A DNA stretch of 64,000 nucleotides, from assembly GCA_043228905.1 (NCBI GenBank), contig JBHGNT010000016.1:18600001-18664000 (forward strand), in the 5' to 3' direction. Positions within the stretch are counted from its first letter, which is position 1; every line of letters begins with the position of its first letter. The position numbers and the translations under genes were made by a program. The DNA is from Azolla caroliniana. Its lineage: Eukaryota > Plantae > Polypodiophyta. Positions 1-9,254 of the stretch are shown here, piece by piece. A model generated the notes under the pieces. The model worked only from the letters and a program-made list of their open reading frames with translations. It did not search any database and had not been told where the DNA came from.

Positions 1-73
1 TGAGGACAAACCCAGATTCACTTGTTCAACTTTGTCACAGTCTTATTTCCCGCACCAACCAACCTCAGATACA

Positions 74-76
<3 letters not shown>

Positions 77-115
<39 letters not shown>
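77..115. repeat. (CT)n microsatellite
   Basis: Pure TC dinucleotide run. Confidence 0.95.
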
Positions 116-117
<2 letters not shown>

Positions 118-1132
118 ATCTATTTATTTATCTCTCTCTAAGCAAAGCTTTCGTCCACTGTGCATGGCAATTGAATATCAAGACCACTGATGCCTTGGGA
201 TTTTCTTGCTCGAATTCAAGATACACAAGGAGAAGTTGTTTACGGACAACAATACAGCCATAGAAGCTCATACCTTTCTTTAGACCCATCACTCCTACTC
301 ATGCTACAAGTCACGCAAGGGTCACACAAATGAGTCCCAAGCAGGACATTGCAAAGGTGTTACAATAGATCAGGCAATGGCAAATTGTCGTGCACATAGG
401 CCTGACTTCATGGACCATGATCTCACCACCCCTTTCATCGACAGAGAAAGGCCATTATCTCCCACCATTACAGGTGCTTCCCTCACTTCTGAAACTTCTC
501 CATTCTGGATCGAACTAAGCTAGAGATATTTCAAAGACAAAAATGATCTATCTGTCATATCACTTTTCTCATTTGACAAACATTAATTAAGATTATTGAG
601 GAGTTCCTACAGGGTTTTAAGTCTAGATTCCAAAAAAAGATCACATCAATAATCATTTCCGACACGACTTTTCAATCATCTACTCACTACAGAACCAAAC
701 TCGTGGAAGATCCAAACAGAAAAACCTATCAACAACCATAGTCTTCCACATTTCCACTTTCACATTGTCTTGCTTTTCTACCCTTTTTATAAATTCCTGC
801 CCCAACCACCAAACCCAACTGGAGAGAGTGCTCTCTCTGACGATTGTTTGATACCATAGGTTTTATGATAATATATGATCAGGCATGAGCATGAGCATAG
901 AGCCCTTCTAATCTGTCTTGTCTACTGTAATTATTATTCATTTGTTTCATTTTCGTTTTCCTCAGAGAGAGAGGGACTTTAAATCAGTTTTCCGTGCAGT
1001 GTTAATCGATCAATCGGCTCCTTTCAATTTCTTTTCCCTTTCATCTGTTTCAGCATTGTAACTAATCATCCGTTGCCGTTTCCCCAGACTGACAGACACA
1101 GTAGTACAGAAAGAGCGGAGGGATTATCATAC

Positions 1133-1208
1133 CTAGGACAGGTCCACGTCCAGCTTCGTCGATGCCGAGGAGGCATGGTTGGGAAGCCCAGGAGACAGCC
1201 ACCGCCAT
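1133..1208 (-). CDS. RNASEH2A: Ribonuclease H2 subunit A, coding exon 1 (gene continues leftwards; exon 2 not found in window)
   Basis: Minus strand reads MAVAVSWASQPCLLGIDEAGRGPVL-G, then a GT donor (GTATGA), phase 1. GIDEAGRGPVLG is the RNase HII/H2A catalytic motif, and WASQPC resembles the plant H2A N-terminus. Too short for the ORF track. Confidence 0.92.
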
Positions 1209-1282
1209 CGCTCCTCTCTGTCTCTGTCTCTGTCTCTGTCTCTCACTGTGTAGAAATTTGAATGAACGAATCTACACTGTAT

Positions 1283-1836
1283 AGCGATGGGCACGGTTTG
1301 AACCGAAACCGAACCGTTTATATAAATGAATCAAAAGGTCTTAAATGAATCCAAAACACATACAAAGCTTTTTGAATGAATCTAAAACACATAAAAAAAG
1401 CATTTGAATGAATGAATCCTACACATTGCGATGGGCACGGTTCGGTTTGTTTTTAAGGCAAAGAAACCGAACCGTTTATATAAAACAAAAACCAAACCAA
1501 ACCGTTTAGGGAAAAGTTGAAACCAAACGGAACCATGTAATAAAAAATTTAAACCTAACCATTTAAATCAAACTAATTAAACATTTAAATAAACAAAAAT
1601 ACATTAAATTATATAAGCATTTAAGTTAAATTTATTAAATCAATAAATAAACCATTAAATTAACTAAATCGATAAAAACCCATTAAATTAATAAACTATT
1701 AAGCTAAAAACAAAGTTAACTAAAAACCTTTAAACCAAAACCGAACCGTTTATCGAAAAATCCAAACCATTAAATTTTTTTGGAACCATTAAACCATGGC
1801 TTAACGGTTCGGTTCAGTTTGAGCTGAAACCGTGCA
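1283..1836. mobile_element. Non-autonomous AT-rich DNA-transposon-like (MITE-like) element with AACCGAACCG subterminal repeats
   Basis: GCGATGGGCACGGTT at 1284 and again at 1428; inverted AAACCGTGC at ~1827-1835; many AACCG/AACCA motifs; no ORF. Confidence 0.55.
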
Positions 1837-2224
1837 AAAGCTTTTGAATGAATGAATACACGCATGGAGATAGATAGATAGATAGAGAGAGAGTGTGTCT
1901 CACTGTAGCGGGCTTGTCTTCAACACGATTTCGGAGGTATTCAGTTCCCCCACTCTGGAGCCTTGGCTGTTTGCGAAATTTAACCGTCTTGGATGAGAGG
2001 AGGAACGGTTGAGCTGCCGCGTAAATTGACTTCCTCCTAGAGCGCACCTCGCATTCCGCATAAGGTTGGTTTCTTCCCGCACACCTCACATGCGAAAAAG
2101 GCCTTCGCTTTTGAACCCAAATCACCAGATACATTTACTATCAACTTTCTTGGATTGGGGTGCGACATCTTGCTATGCCTCCGGTTGGGTTCTAACTGAG
2201 TGCCTAGAATTAACTCCATGTTAA

Positions 2225-2312
2225 TGTAGCACCAAAATCATATCCTTCACCTCAACCGTCAGACAACAACTTCTTTGGTTGGTTGAGGTGAAGGATATGA
2301 TTTAGTCCTACA
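2225..2312. repeat. Inverted repeat (perfect core of ~22 bp, 23-nt loop)
   Basis: AATCATATCCTTCACCTCAACC ... GGTTGAGGTGAAGGATATGATT, extending imperfectly to TGTAG/CTACA. Confidence 0.9.
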
Positions 2313-2912
2313 CGCGTAAATCCAATCATTGGGCACATATAAATGTGGGGTAGAAACTTTAGCTGAAATGTCACACAACATATAAACGAGTTGATATAAT
2401 CAAGGAAACTTTACCACTTAGGATTGAGTTCATGCAAAGACAACCAACTCCAAAAGCTTTTTCAACAAACCACTTGTGTATCCATGTTACATGAATGGTC
2501 AAGTTGTTTTTTATACGTAAATTGTCCCTTAGTGTTGACTAGGTGTACATCGTGGCCTTCCCCACATGCATGTTTGGGAGCTTAGATGAAGGGCAACACG
2601 AGGATTAGGGTTTAGGTCAACTAGAGAGAGAGAGTTTGAGTGAGAGACAAAGGGGGAGAGAGAGAGAGAGAGAGAGATGCACGTTGTCTTGGGTATAGAG
2701 AGTGTACCACATTTTTTATTTTTAGATATTTATGTATATACAAGTAAAAAATGTGCTACGAGTGCATTTTCACTCGTGCACTAATAAAAGGCACGATGGC
2801 CCTTTATTCCCAACAACCTCCCACCTAAAGGCAGTGTGTCGTGAGAAAAAAGAAAGAAAGAAAGAAAAAAGTCAGCTAAGTCCAAGTATGTACAAAGCTG
2901 AACTACATACAT

Positions 2913-4028
2913 CTATCCAACTCCCATCATTTGTCGGCAATGAGCAAATCGCTCAGCTGGAAGACCCTTCGTGAGAAGATCTGCAGGATTATTATTTGTA
3001 TGTACTTTGACAAGCTCAATGTTCTTGTTGTCAAGTACATCTCTGATGAAGTGATACTTCACCTGTATGTGCTTCGTCTTTGCATGAAAGACGAGATTCT
3101 GAGCTAGCATGATAGCACTCTGACTATCACAATGAAGAATAGGTAACTTTGTATTGCCAATATCTCTCACTAGATATGAAAGCCATGAAGCCTCCTTGCA
3201 TGCCTCAGTGGCAACAACATACTTTGCCTCTGTAGTAGACAATGCAACACACTTTTGTAGTTTGGAGATCCAAGAGACCGCTCCTCCAATGAAAAACACA
3301 TACCCAGAAGTAGACTTTCTGCAGTCTGCGTGACCAGTATAGTCCGCATCTGTAAAACCAACGACATATGCCTTTTGATTTCCAAAGCAAATGCAACACA
3401 CTTTTGTAGTTTGGAGATCCAAGAGACCGCTCCTCCAATGAAAAACACATACCCAAAAGTAGACTTTCTGCAGTCTGCGTGACCAGTATAGTCTGCATCT
3501 GTAAAACCAACGACATATGTCTTTTGATTTCCAAAGCAAATGCACAAGTCCTTTGTGCCTTTGAGGTATCTCATAATGCCTTTCACCGCTTCCCAATGCT
3601 TTTTGTTGGGATTTTTCATGTACCTACTAACCATTCCCATTGCAAAAGCAATATCAGGGCGTGTAGCAACCATCACATATATCAAATTGCCAACAATTGA
3701 AGAATATGGAACCTTAGCCATTTCAACCTTCTCATCATCAGATGTAGGGTTGTCTTCTGCATTGAGTTTCAAATATGGAGGCAATGGAACCCCAATTGTC
3801 CCCCCCCCCCCCCCCCCCACCACCATATTGAAACGCTGCAAAACCTTAGACATATACTCTTGTTGAGATAGAAAGAGTAACCCTTTCGACCGGTTTTGGA
3901 GTATTCGCATGCCAAGGATGTGATTTGCATCACCAAGATAATTCATATCAAAGCTACCATGAAGGCTTTGCTTCAATGAATTCAAGGCATGAACATCCTT
4001 GCCAACCATCAACATATCATCAACATAC
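2913..4028 (-). pseudogene. Copia C1 RT C-terminus/RNase H, frameshifted, with 149-bp tandem duplication (3241-3540)
   Basis: ATRPDIAFA, GFTDADY..CRKSTSGYVF (twice), LHCDSQSAI, KTKHIQVKYHFIR, NPADLLTK. Confidence 0.9.
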
Positions 4029-4292
4029 TGTCAGGAATAGTACTAAAACAGAGATGGAATTAGTACTAAGAAGAGTAGTACTATTAGTACTAAGAGGACG
4101 GGACTGCGTAAGATTCCCGAGAGAGAGGAAGTGAGAAGAGGAGAGAGAGAGAAATAGGATGATGACAGCAGCTCTTATATTATATGAAAGATAAGTACAA
4201 ATCGACTAAGAGGCTTAAGACTGGTGTTGAACCAATTTGGTTCAAAACAATGCCTTGTGCCTCCTTTTATAGTGTTTTTAGGAAATAATCTT

Positions 4293-4310
4293 GAAGCTTC
4301 TAGAATGTTC
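4293..4310. promoter_or_regulatory. Heat-shock element in LTR of A (second copy 9521-9538)
   Basis: GAAgcTTCtaGAAtgTTC, four perfect alternating nGAAn units ~20 bp upstream of TATAAAAG (element orientation). Confidence 0.75.
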
Positions 4311-4386
4311 CAGAGAGATCTGGAATATACATCAATTTTCTATGATAAAGTATAAATGAAAATAATATCCTACAAAATACAATTCC

Positions 4387-4445
4387 TAATCTAATGGTAA
4401 GAGCTCGACCCATGTAGCATAAAGTCATGGGTTCGAGTCTTGCCA
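4387..4445 (+). promoter_or_regulatory. tRNA-like A-box/B-box cassette in LTR of A (second copy 9615-9673)
   Basis: TAATCTAATGG, 34 nt, then TTCGAGTC, ending GCCA; spacing equals tRNA positions 20-53. Confidence 0.6.
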
Positions 4446-4461
4446 TGACACTATCTCCCCC

Positions 4462-7400
4462 TTAAAGACGACGAGTGGAACGAGTCGGCGCTAACTGCGG
4501 ACCGGGTTTGTCCGGATACTTTCGGTGGAAATCAACAAGAAGATCTTGTGCATTGGCAACATTCTCGACGGGTTCCCAAGTACGTTCGCTCGGACTATAA
4601 CCGAGCCAATCGACCAAGTAATAAAGTTTGTTGCGAACAAGTTTGGAATCGAGGATGGCAGCAACTTCATACTCCGGGCCGTCGTCCAACTCCAGCGGGG
4701 GCGGCGGTGGTGTCACACGATCGGGAATGGTGTTTGCTTTATAAGGTTCAAGAAGAGAACAATGGAAAACCGGATGTATCTGAAGCTGCGGAGGGAGATC
4801 CAGGCGGAAGGTGACATCATTAATCTTCCCCGTAATACGGAAAGGACCGAGTCGTCGATAATCCAATTTGTCGCACGGTCGAGTAGTCTTGATGTGACGA
4901 CGTAAGAGCCATACTCGATCTTCGATGGCAAAAGAGGAGGGAATCCGATGTCGATCCGCATAAGTCTTCTGTGTGTGTTGAGCATGACGAAGGTGAGTAG
5001 AGAGATCCATCTGGATCTTGCGTAGCCTCTCCAAATGGTCCTCGGCACGAGGGTTGGTAGGTAGCTCCGGAGTGTCGATCACCGACCAGCGAGGATGGAA
5101 ACCGGTATAAGCGAGAAATGGGGAGACCCGAGTCGAGGAATGAATAGCATTATTATACGCAAACTCCGCAAAGTGGAGAATCTCGGCCCAATCGTCCTGT
5201 TGATAACTCAGGAAACACCGGAGATATTGCTCCAACGTTTGGTTTGTTCGTTCCGCCTGTCCGTCAGTTTGAGGATGGTAGCCAGAGGAGAGGTTGCAGG
5301 AGACCTTGAGCATCCTGAAGAGATGCTGCCAAAATTTGGAGACAAATTGCGGGCCTCGGTCACTGATAATACTGTCTGGTAGGCCATGATGCCGAAATAC
5401 CTCCCGCATAACAAGAGCGGCGGTTTCCTCGCTAGTGATGGCTTTAGTACATGGCACAAAATGTGCCATCTTCGTATATCGATCGACGACGGTTAGGATA
5501 GCATCGAACCCCTTTGAGACCGGCAGATCTGTAATAAAATCAAGACAAATAGACTGCCATGGCTTACTTGGAATTGGTAAAGGTTCCAACAAGCCATATG
5601 GATGGTGTCGTGGCATCTTTGCTCGGCAGCAAGCATCACAGGTCCGAACGTAATCGTCGACAAAACGGCGCATGTGGGGCCACCAAAAAGATCGCTGCAC
5701 TAACTCCAACGTCTTGGTACTACCGAAATGTCCCGCCGTATGGGTGTCGTGACAATGTTGGACGATTTGAAGGCGACAGGAGCAATCGGGGACATATACG
5801 CGCTTTTTAAAGAATAACAACCCATCATGATATTCGAATTGTCGGTAGTCAATACCTGGTTGTTGAGACTGAGAACAGGATGCCCGAGAAGTATCAATGT
5901 GCGCCAGGATGTCTTGAGCAAAACTATCCGTCTTCAAGGTTGCACGTATGTCATCGGTAATCCGTGAATCCATCGGGGTGTGAAAAATCTGCGTCGTGTG
6001 CAATCGTGTTGGTCCCAAGATTACTTGCTTTTGATTATCAAATGTTGCGTCACCAGGACGAGGTGCAAGATATGAACGCCGTGATAGTGCATCTGCTTTT
6101 CCTTGCTGCTTCCCCGGTCGATATGTGATTTCGAAGTTGAAACGCGTGAGGAATTGCGCCCACCGAGCTTGCCGTCGATTTAGTACGCGAGCGTTCTGAA
6201 AATAAGCAAGATTTTTATGATCGCTAAAGACGATGACCTGATGTGGAGAGCCCTCTAAGAAATGCCGCCATTGTACAAATGAATCCACGATGGCTAATAA
6301 CTCCTTGTCATGTATTTCGTAGTTGATTTCTGCGACATTGAATTTGCGCGAATGGAAAGCCACCGGATGCAACTCTTCTTTATCGCCTTGTTGAGAAAGG
6401 ATGCTACCGAGGGCGAAATCTGATGCGTCGGCCTCCATGATGAATGGTTTGCTTGTATCCACATGAGCTAGAATCGGTGCTGATGTAAAGGCTTTCTTAA
6501 GATGCCGAAAAGCCATATCTGCTTCGATGGACCAGAGAAATGCTTGGCCCTTCTTCGTAAGTTGTGTGAGAGGTAAAATAATCTTCGAGTAATCCTGTAT
6601 AAACTTACGGTAGAAGTTAGCAAAGCCTAGAAAACATTGTACATCTCGTACCGACCGTGGAATTTGCCACTCTAGTACAGTTTGGATTTTAGCTGGATCC
6701 ATGGCGATGCCCTTTGAGGAGATGACGTAGCCTAGAAATTCCACTTGCTTGCAGTCAAAGCTACATTTCTCTAGCTTGGCATAAAGACCATTCTCGCGGA
6801 GTCGCTTTAGTACTAATAGTACATGAGAATCGTGCTCTTCCTGGGTCTTCGAATAAATCAACAGATCATCCAGATAAATGATCAAACAGATATCCAAGAG
6901 GTCTCTGAATATATCATTTGCCATGTGTTGGAAGACTGCGGGTGCATTGGTTAGGCCAAACGGCATAACAGTATACTCGAAATGCCCATACCGCGTGCGA
7001 AAAGCGGTCTTCCACTCATCTCCCGGTCGGATCCGCACGAGATTATACGCTCCTCGTAGGTCGATTTTAGTAAAAAACTTGGCACCATTAACTCGCTCTA
7101 AAAGACTTGATATAAGAGGAAGTGCATACCTATTCCGGATGGTGACTTTATTCAATCCGCGGTAATCAACAACAAGACGAAGTGAGCCATCTTTCTTCTT
7201 GACAAAGAAGATGGGTGCACCGGCCGGAGATTTCGAATGACGGATGAACCCGCTTGCCAAGTTCTCCTCTATGTAGGCTCGAAGGACTTCTAACTCGGTG
7301 GGTGACAAGTTGTAAATTGGTCCCCATGGTGGCTCGGTTCCTGGTTGTAAATCGATGGGACAGTCATAGGGACGGTGATGAGGAAGGGTACCGGCTTTTA

Positions 7401-8043
7401 CCTTGTCAAATACATCGGCATAAGGATGATATTTTGCCGGAAGTTGTATTGAGGAGTCCTTCTTAATAGTGCTAGAAGGATGTACTGATATGGCAAATAG
7501 GAACATTGCCTCCTTGGGTCCTTCTTCGCGTAGTTGATGGAGTGAAATGGTCGAAACTCGGTGAGTTGATTCTTGGGGTGGTCGATATCGGACTTCTCTT
7601 GTTCTCCAATCTATGGCTGGATTATGTAATTCAAGCCAAGGTAATCCTAGGACAATGGGATGCTCTGGACTACTAATTATATTAAATGATATTATACACA
7701 CAAAACTACCTAGGACAACTTGAATGGGTTCTGATTCTTCTACAATATTCCCGGAAGCAATGGGACGACCATCAATGACCACTACAGATGCGGGACAAGG
7801 AAGTTTTCTTAAGGATATCTGAGAAGCTTGGGCAAAATTTCGATCCATGAAACAGGAATTAGCTCCGGAATCTAAAAGTGCTAGGACGGGTACTGGGGGA
7901 GTACTTTTAGTACTAACAATGACTTGGGCTAGGAACACATTGCTAACTTGCTTGGAAGGAATGGAACCACTAATGGGCTGTACAGATCTAGGGCTGCTGT
8001 CCAACCAAATGGCTCCTATTTTGGCTGGACTCAATCGTTTAAC
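4462..8043 (-). CDS. pol: Pol (protease-RT-RNase H-integrase-chromodomain), expressed by -1 frameshift from gag
   Basis: LLDSGA, YLDD, ADASD, HHCC zinc finger, SDRGPQF, GPF, chromodomain YEVAAILDSK..YYLVDWLGY..TWEP; 1190-codon open frame. Confidence 0.95.
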   Translation of the reverse strand, partial: VKRLSPAKIGAIWLDSSPRSVQPISGSIPSKQVSNVFLAQVIVSTKSTPPVPVLALLDSGANSCFMDRNFAQASQISLRKLPCPASVVVIDGRPIASGNIVEESEPIQVVLGSFVCIISFNIISSPEHPIVLGLPWLELHNPAIDWRTREVRYRPPQESTHRVSTISLHQLREEGPKEAMFLFAISVHPSSTIKKDSSIQLPAKYHPYADVFDKVKAGTLPHHRPYDCPIDLQPGTEPPWGPIYNLSPTELEVLRAYIEENLASGFIRHSKSPAGAPIFFVKKKDGSLRLVVDYRGLNKVTIRNRYALPLISSLLERVNGAKFFTKIDLRGAYNLVRIRPGDEWKTAFRTRYGHFEYTVMPFGLTNAPAVFQHMANDIFRDLLDICLIIYLDDLLIYSKTQEEHDSHVLLVLKRLRENGLYAKLEKCSFDCKQVEFLGYVISSKGIAMDPAKIQTVLEWQIPRSVRDVQCFLGFANFYRKFIQDYSKIILPLTQLTKKGQAFLWSIEADMAFRHLKKAFTSAPILAHVDTSKPFIMEADASDFALGSILSQQGDKEELHPVAFHSRKFNVAEINYEIHDKELLAIVDSFVQWRHFLEGSPHQVIVFSDHKNLAYFQNARVLNRRQARWAQFLTRFNFEITYRPGKQQGKADALSRRSYLAPRPGDATFDNQKQVILGPTRLHTTQIFHTPMDSRITDDIRATLKTDSFAQDILAHIDTSRASCSQSQQPGIDYRQFEYHDGLLFFKKRVYVPDCSCRLQIVQHCHDTHTAGHFGSTKTLELVQRSFWWPHMRRFVDDYVRTCDACCRAKMPRHHPYGLLEPLPIPSKPWQSICLDFITDLPVSKGFDAILTVVDRYTKMAHFVPCTKAITSEETAALVMREVFRHHGLPDSIISDRGPQFVSKFWQHLFRMLKVSCNLSSGYHPQTDGQAERTNQTLEQYLRCFLSYQQDDWAEILHFAEFAYNNAIHSSTRVSPFLAYTGFHPRWSVIDTPELPTNPRAEDHLERLRKIQMDLSTHLRHAQHTQKTYADRHRIPSSFAIEDRVWLLRRHIKTTRPCDKLDYRRLGPFRITGKINDVTFRLDLPPQLQIHPVFHCSLLEPYKANTIPDRVTPPPPPLELDDGPEYEVAAILDSKLVRNKLYYLVDWLGYSPSERTWEPVENVANAQDLLVDFHRKYPDKPGPQLAPTRSTRRL

Positions 8044-9188
8044 TCTTCATCTAATTGACTAAGGATTTCAAATTTATTTGAGATACTTGGGCTATTAGTA
8101 CTATGAATACTATCTGACACTCTATTAGTACTATTAATACTATCAGACACTCCAAAGGGAAGAATTGACTCGGGTTTAGTACAGGCGACGATTTGATTTA
8201 CCTGTCTTCTTGGCCTATGGGGACAATTGATGGCGATATGTCCTGGTCCACCGCAATAAAGACATAATCGATTGGCACGTCGTTGTTGCTTTTCTTCTTC
8301 CGATAACGGGCCGCGTCGACGCATGGTATCGATCTCCATCGGTGTCGAAGTATTTGCTTGAGGTGTGTCTCGTGCAAACGGTTTAGCCGCGACTGCGGCG
8401 TAAGTGGGCTCTGGCCTCGAGCGTGGTATCTGTAATTGACGTTCTGAACGCCGTTCAAAAAGGCGGTTGTCACATCGAACTGCTCGACTTATTGCCTCCG
8501 TAAGAGACTTTGGTTCTTCGGGGAAAGTTAGAAGTAGATCTTTGACATCGTTTCGCAAGCCATAGCGAAACTGCTCCATTAGTGCTTGATCATCCCAGGG
8601 TATATCTGAAGCAAGTAGGCGGAAATCCGCCGCGTAGGCAGAGGCTGGACGATCGCCTTGACGCAATCGCCGGATCTTGTTGATCGCCGTCCTGATGCTG
8701 TCGGTGTCTCCAAAGCAGGCTTTAAACTCACCAATAAAATCTTCAAAATTATTAAGTAAGGGTGATTGTTTTTCTAGAAGCGGAGCAAACCATGCCAAGG
8801 CTGAGCCGCTAAGTAGCGTGCCTATTAGGCCGACTCGAGATGCATCAGTGGGATATCGGGAAGGATGCATCTGGATGACTAAGCGTACCTGATTAAGGAA
8901 TCCCCGGAATTGCGAACGCGTTCCATCAAATTTCACAGGAAGTCCAATCTTGGGCTCTTTATGAAATCCTTGGGGACTGGATCCTTGTTGTTGCAACGCT
9001 GCTTCGAGTTGTTGTACCCGTAACGCTAACTCCCCATGTTGTTGTTGCGTTTGTTGTTTTTCTAGAGCGATTTGTTGCAGATCCCCTATCAGCCGTTGGT
9101 TTTCTTGTTCCAGGGCAACAAACTTTTCTTTTAGGCACTGTAACTCGGAGAAAACGGATTGGTATTCTTGGGCGCTAACAGTAGCCAT
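8031..9188 (-). CDS. gag: Gag (coiled coil, capsid, CCHC knuckle)
   Basis: 385 aa; PVKFDGTR..F, LSGSALAW, LRQG..ASAYAADF, CLYCGGPGHIAINC. Confidence 0.95.
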   Translation of the reverse strand: MATVSAQEYQSVFSELQCLKEKFVALEQENQRLIGDLQQIALEKQQTQQQHGELALRVQQLEAALQQQGSSPQGFHKEPKIGLPVKFDGTRSQFRGFLNQVRLVIQMHPSRYPTDASRVGLIGTLLSGSALAWFAPLLEKQSPLLNNFEDFIGEFKACFGDTDSIRTAINKIRRLRQGDRPASAYAADFRLLASDIPWDDQALMEQFRYGLRNDVKDLLLTFPEEPKSLTEAISRAVRCDNRLFERRSERQLQIPRSRPEPTYAAVAAKPFARDTPQANTSTPMEIDTMRRRGPLSEEEKQQRRANRLCLYCGGPGHIAINCPHRPRRQVNQIVACTKPESILPFGVSDSINSTNRVSDSIHSTNSPSISNKFEILSQLDEELND

Positions 9189-9242
9189 AGTATAGGGGAA
9201 AGGGTAGGAGGATGAGGGAGAGTGACAAGTAGGCTAGAGGAA

Positions 9243-9254
9243 AAATTGGTTCAA
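9243..9254 (-). promoter_or_regulatory. Self-priming PBS of A (TTGAACCAATTT)
   Basis: No TGG start; exactly complementary to AAATTGGTTCAA at 9466-9455, 33 nt after TATA. Confidence 0.85.

Noticed and set aside
140-760. Possible old LINE RT remnant in the RNase H2A intron
   Set aside because: Only vague similarity, no diagnostic motif.
1283-1830. CRISPR-like or satellite array of AACCGAACC
   Set aside because: Irregular spacing, eukaryotic context, no cas genes; typical transposon subterminal repeats.
1814-2219. Short overlapping ORFs of 60-106 aa upstream of RNase H2A
   Set aside because: No recognisable domain or splice pattern.
3800-3818. Poly-Gly/poly-Pro ORF segments from homopolymer runs (also 11358-11381)
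   Set aside because: Homopolymer expansion or sequencing slippage in a dead element.
8032-8034. TTG start of pol given by the ORF track (also 42771 for B)
   Set aside because: Artefact of alternative-start calling; pol is better explained by the -1 frameshift.
4525-8892. Plus-strand ORFs antisense to gag-pol, recurring in A, B and C
   Set aside because: Shadows of the conserved sense-strand coding sequence.
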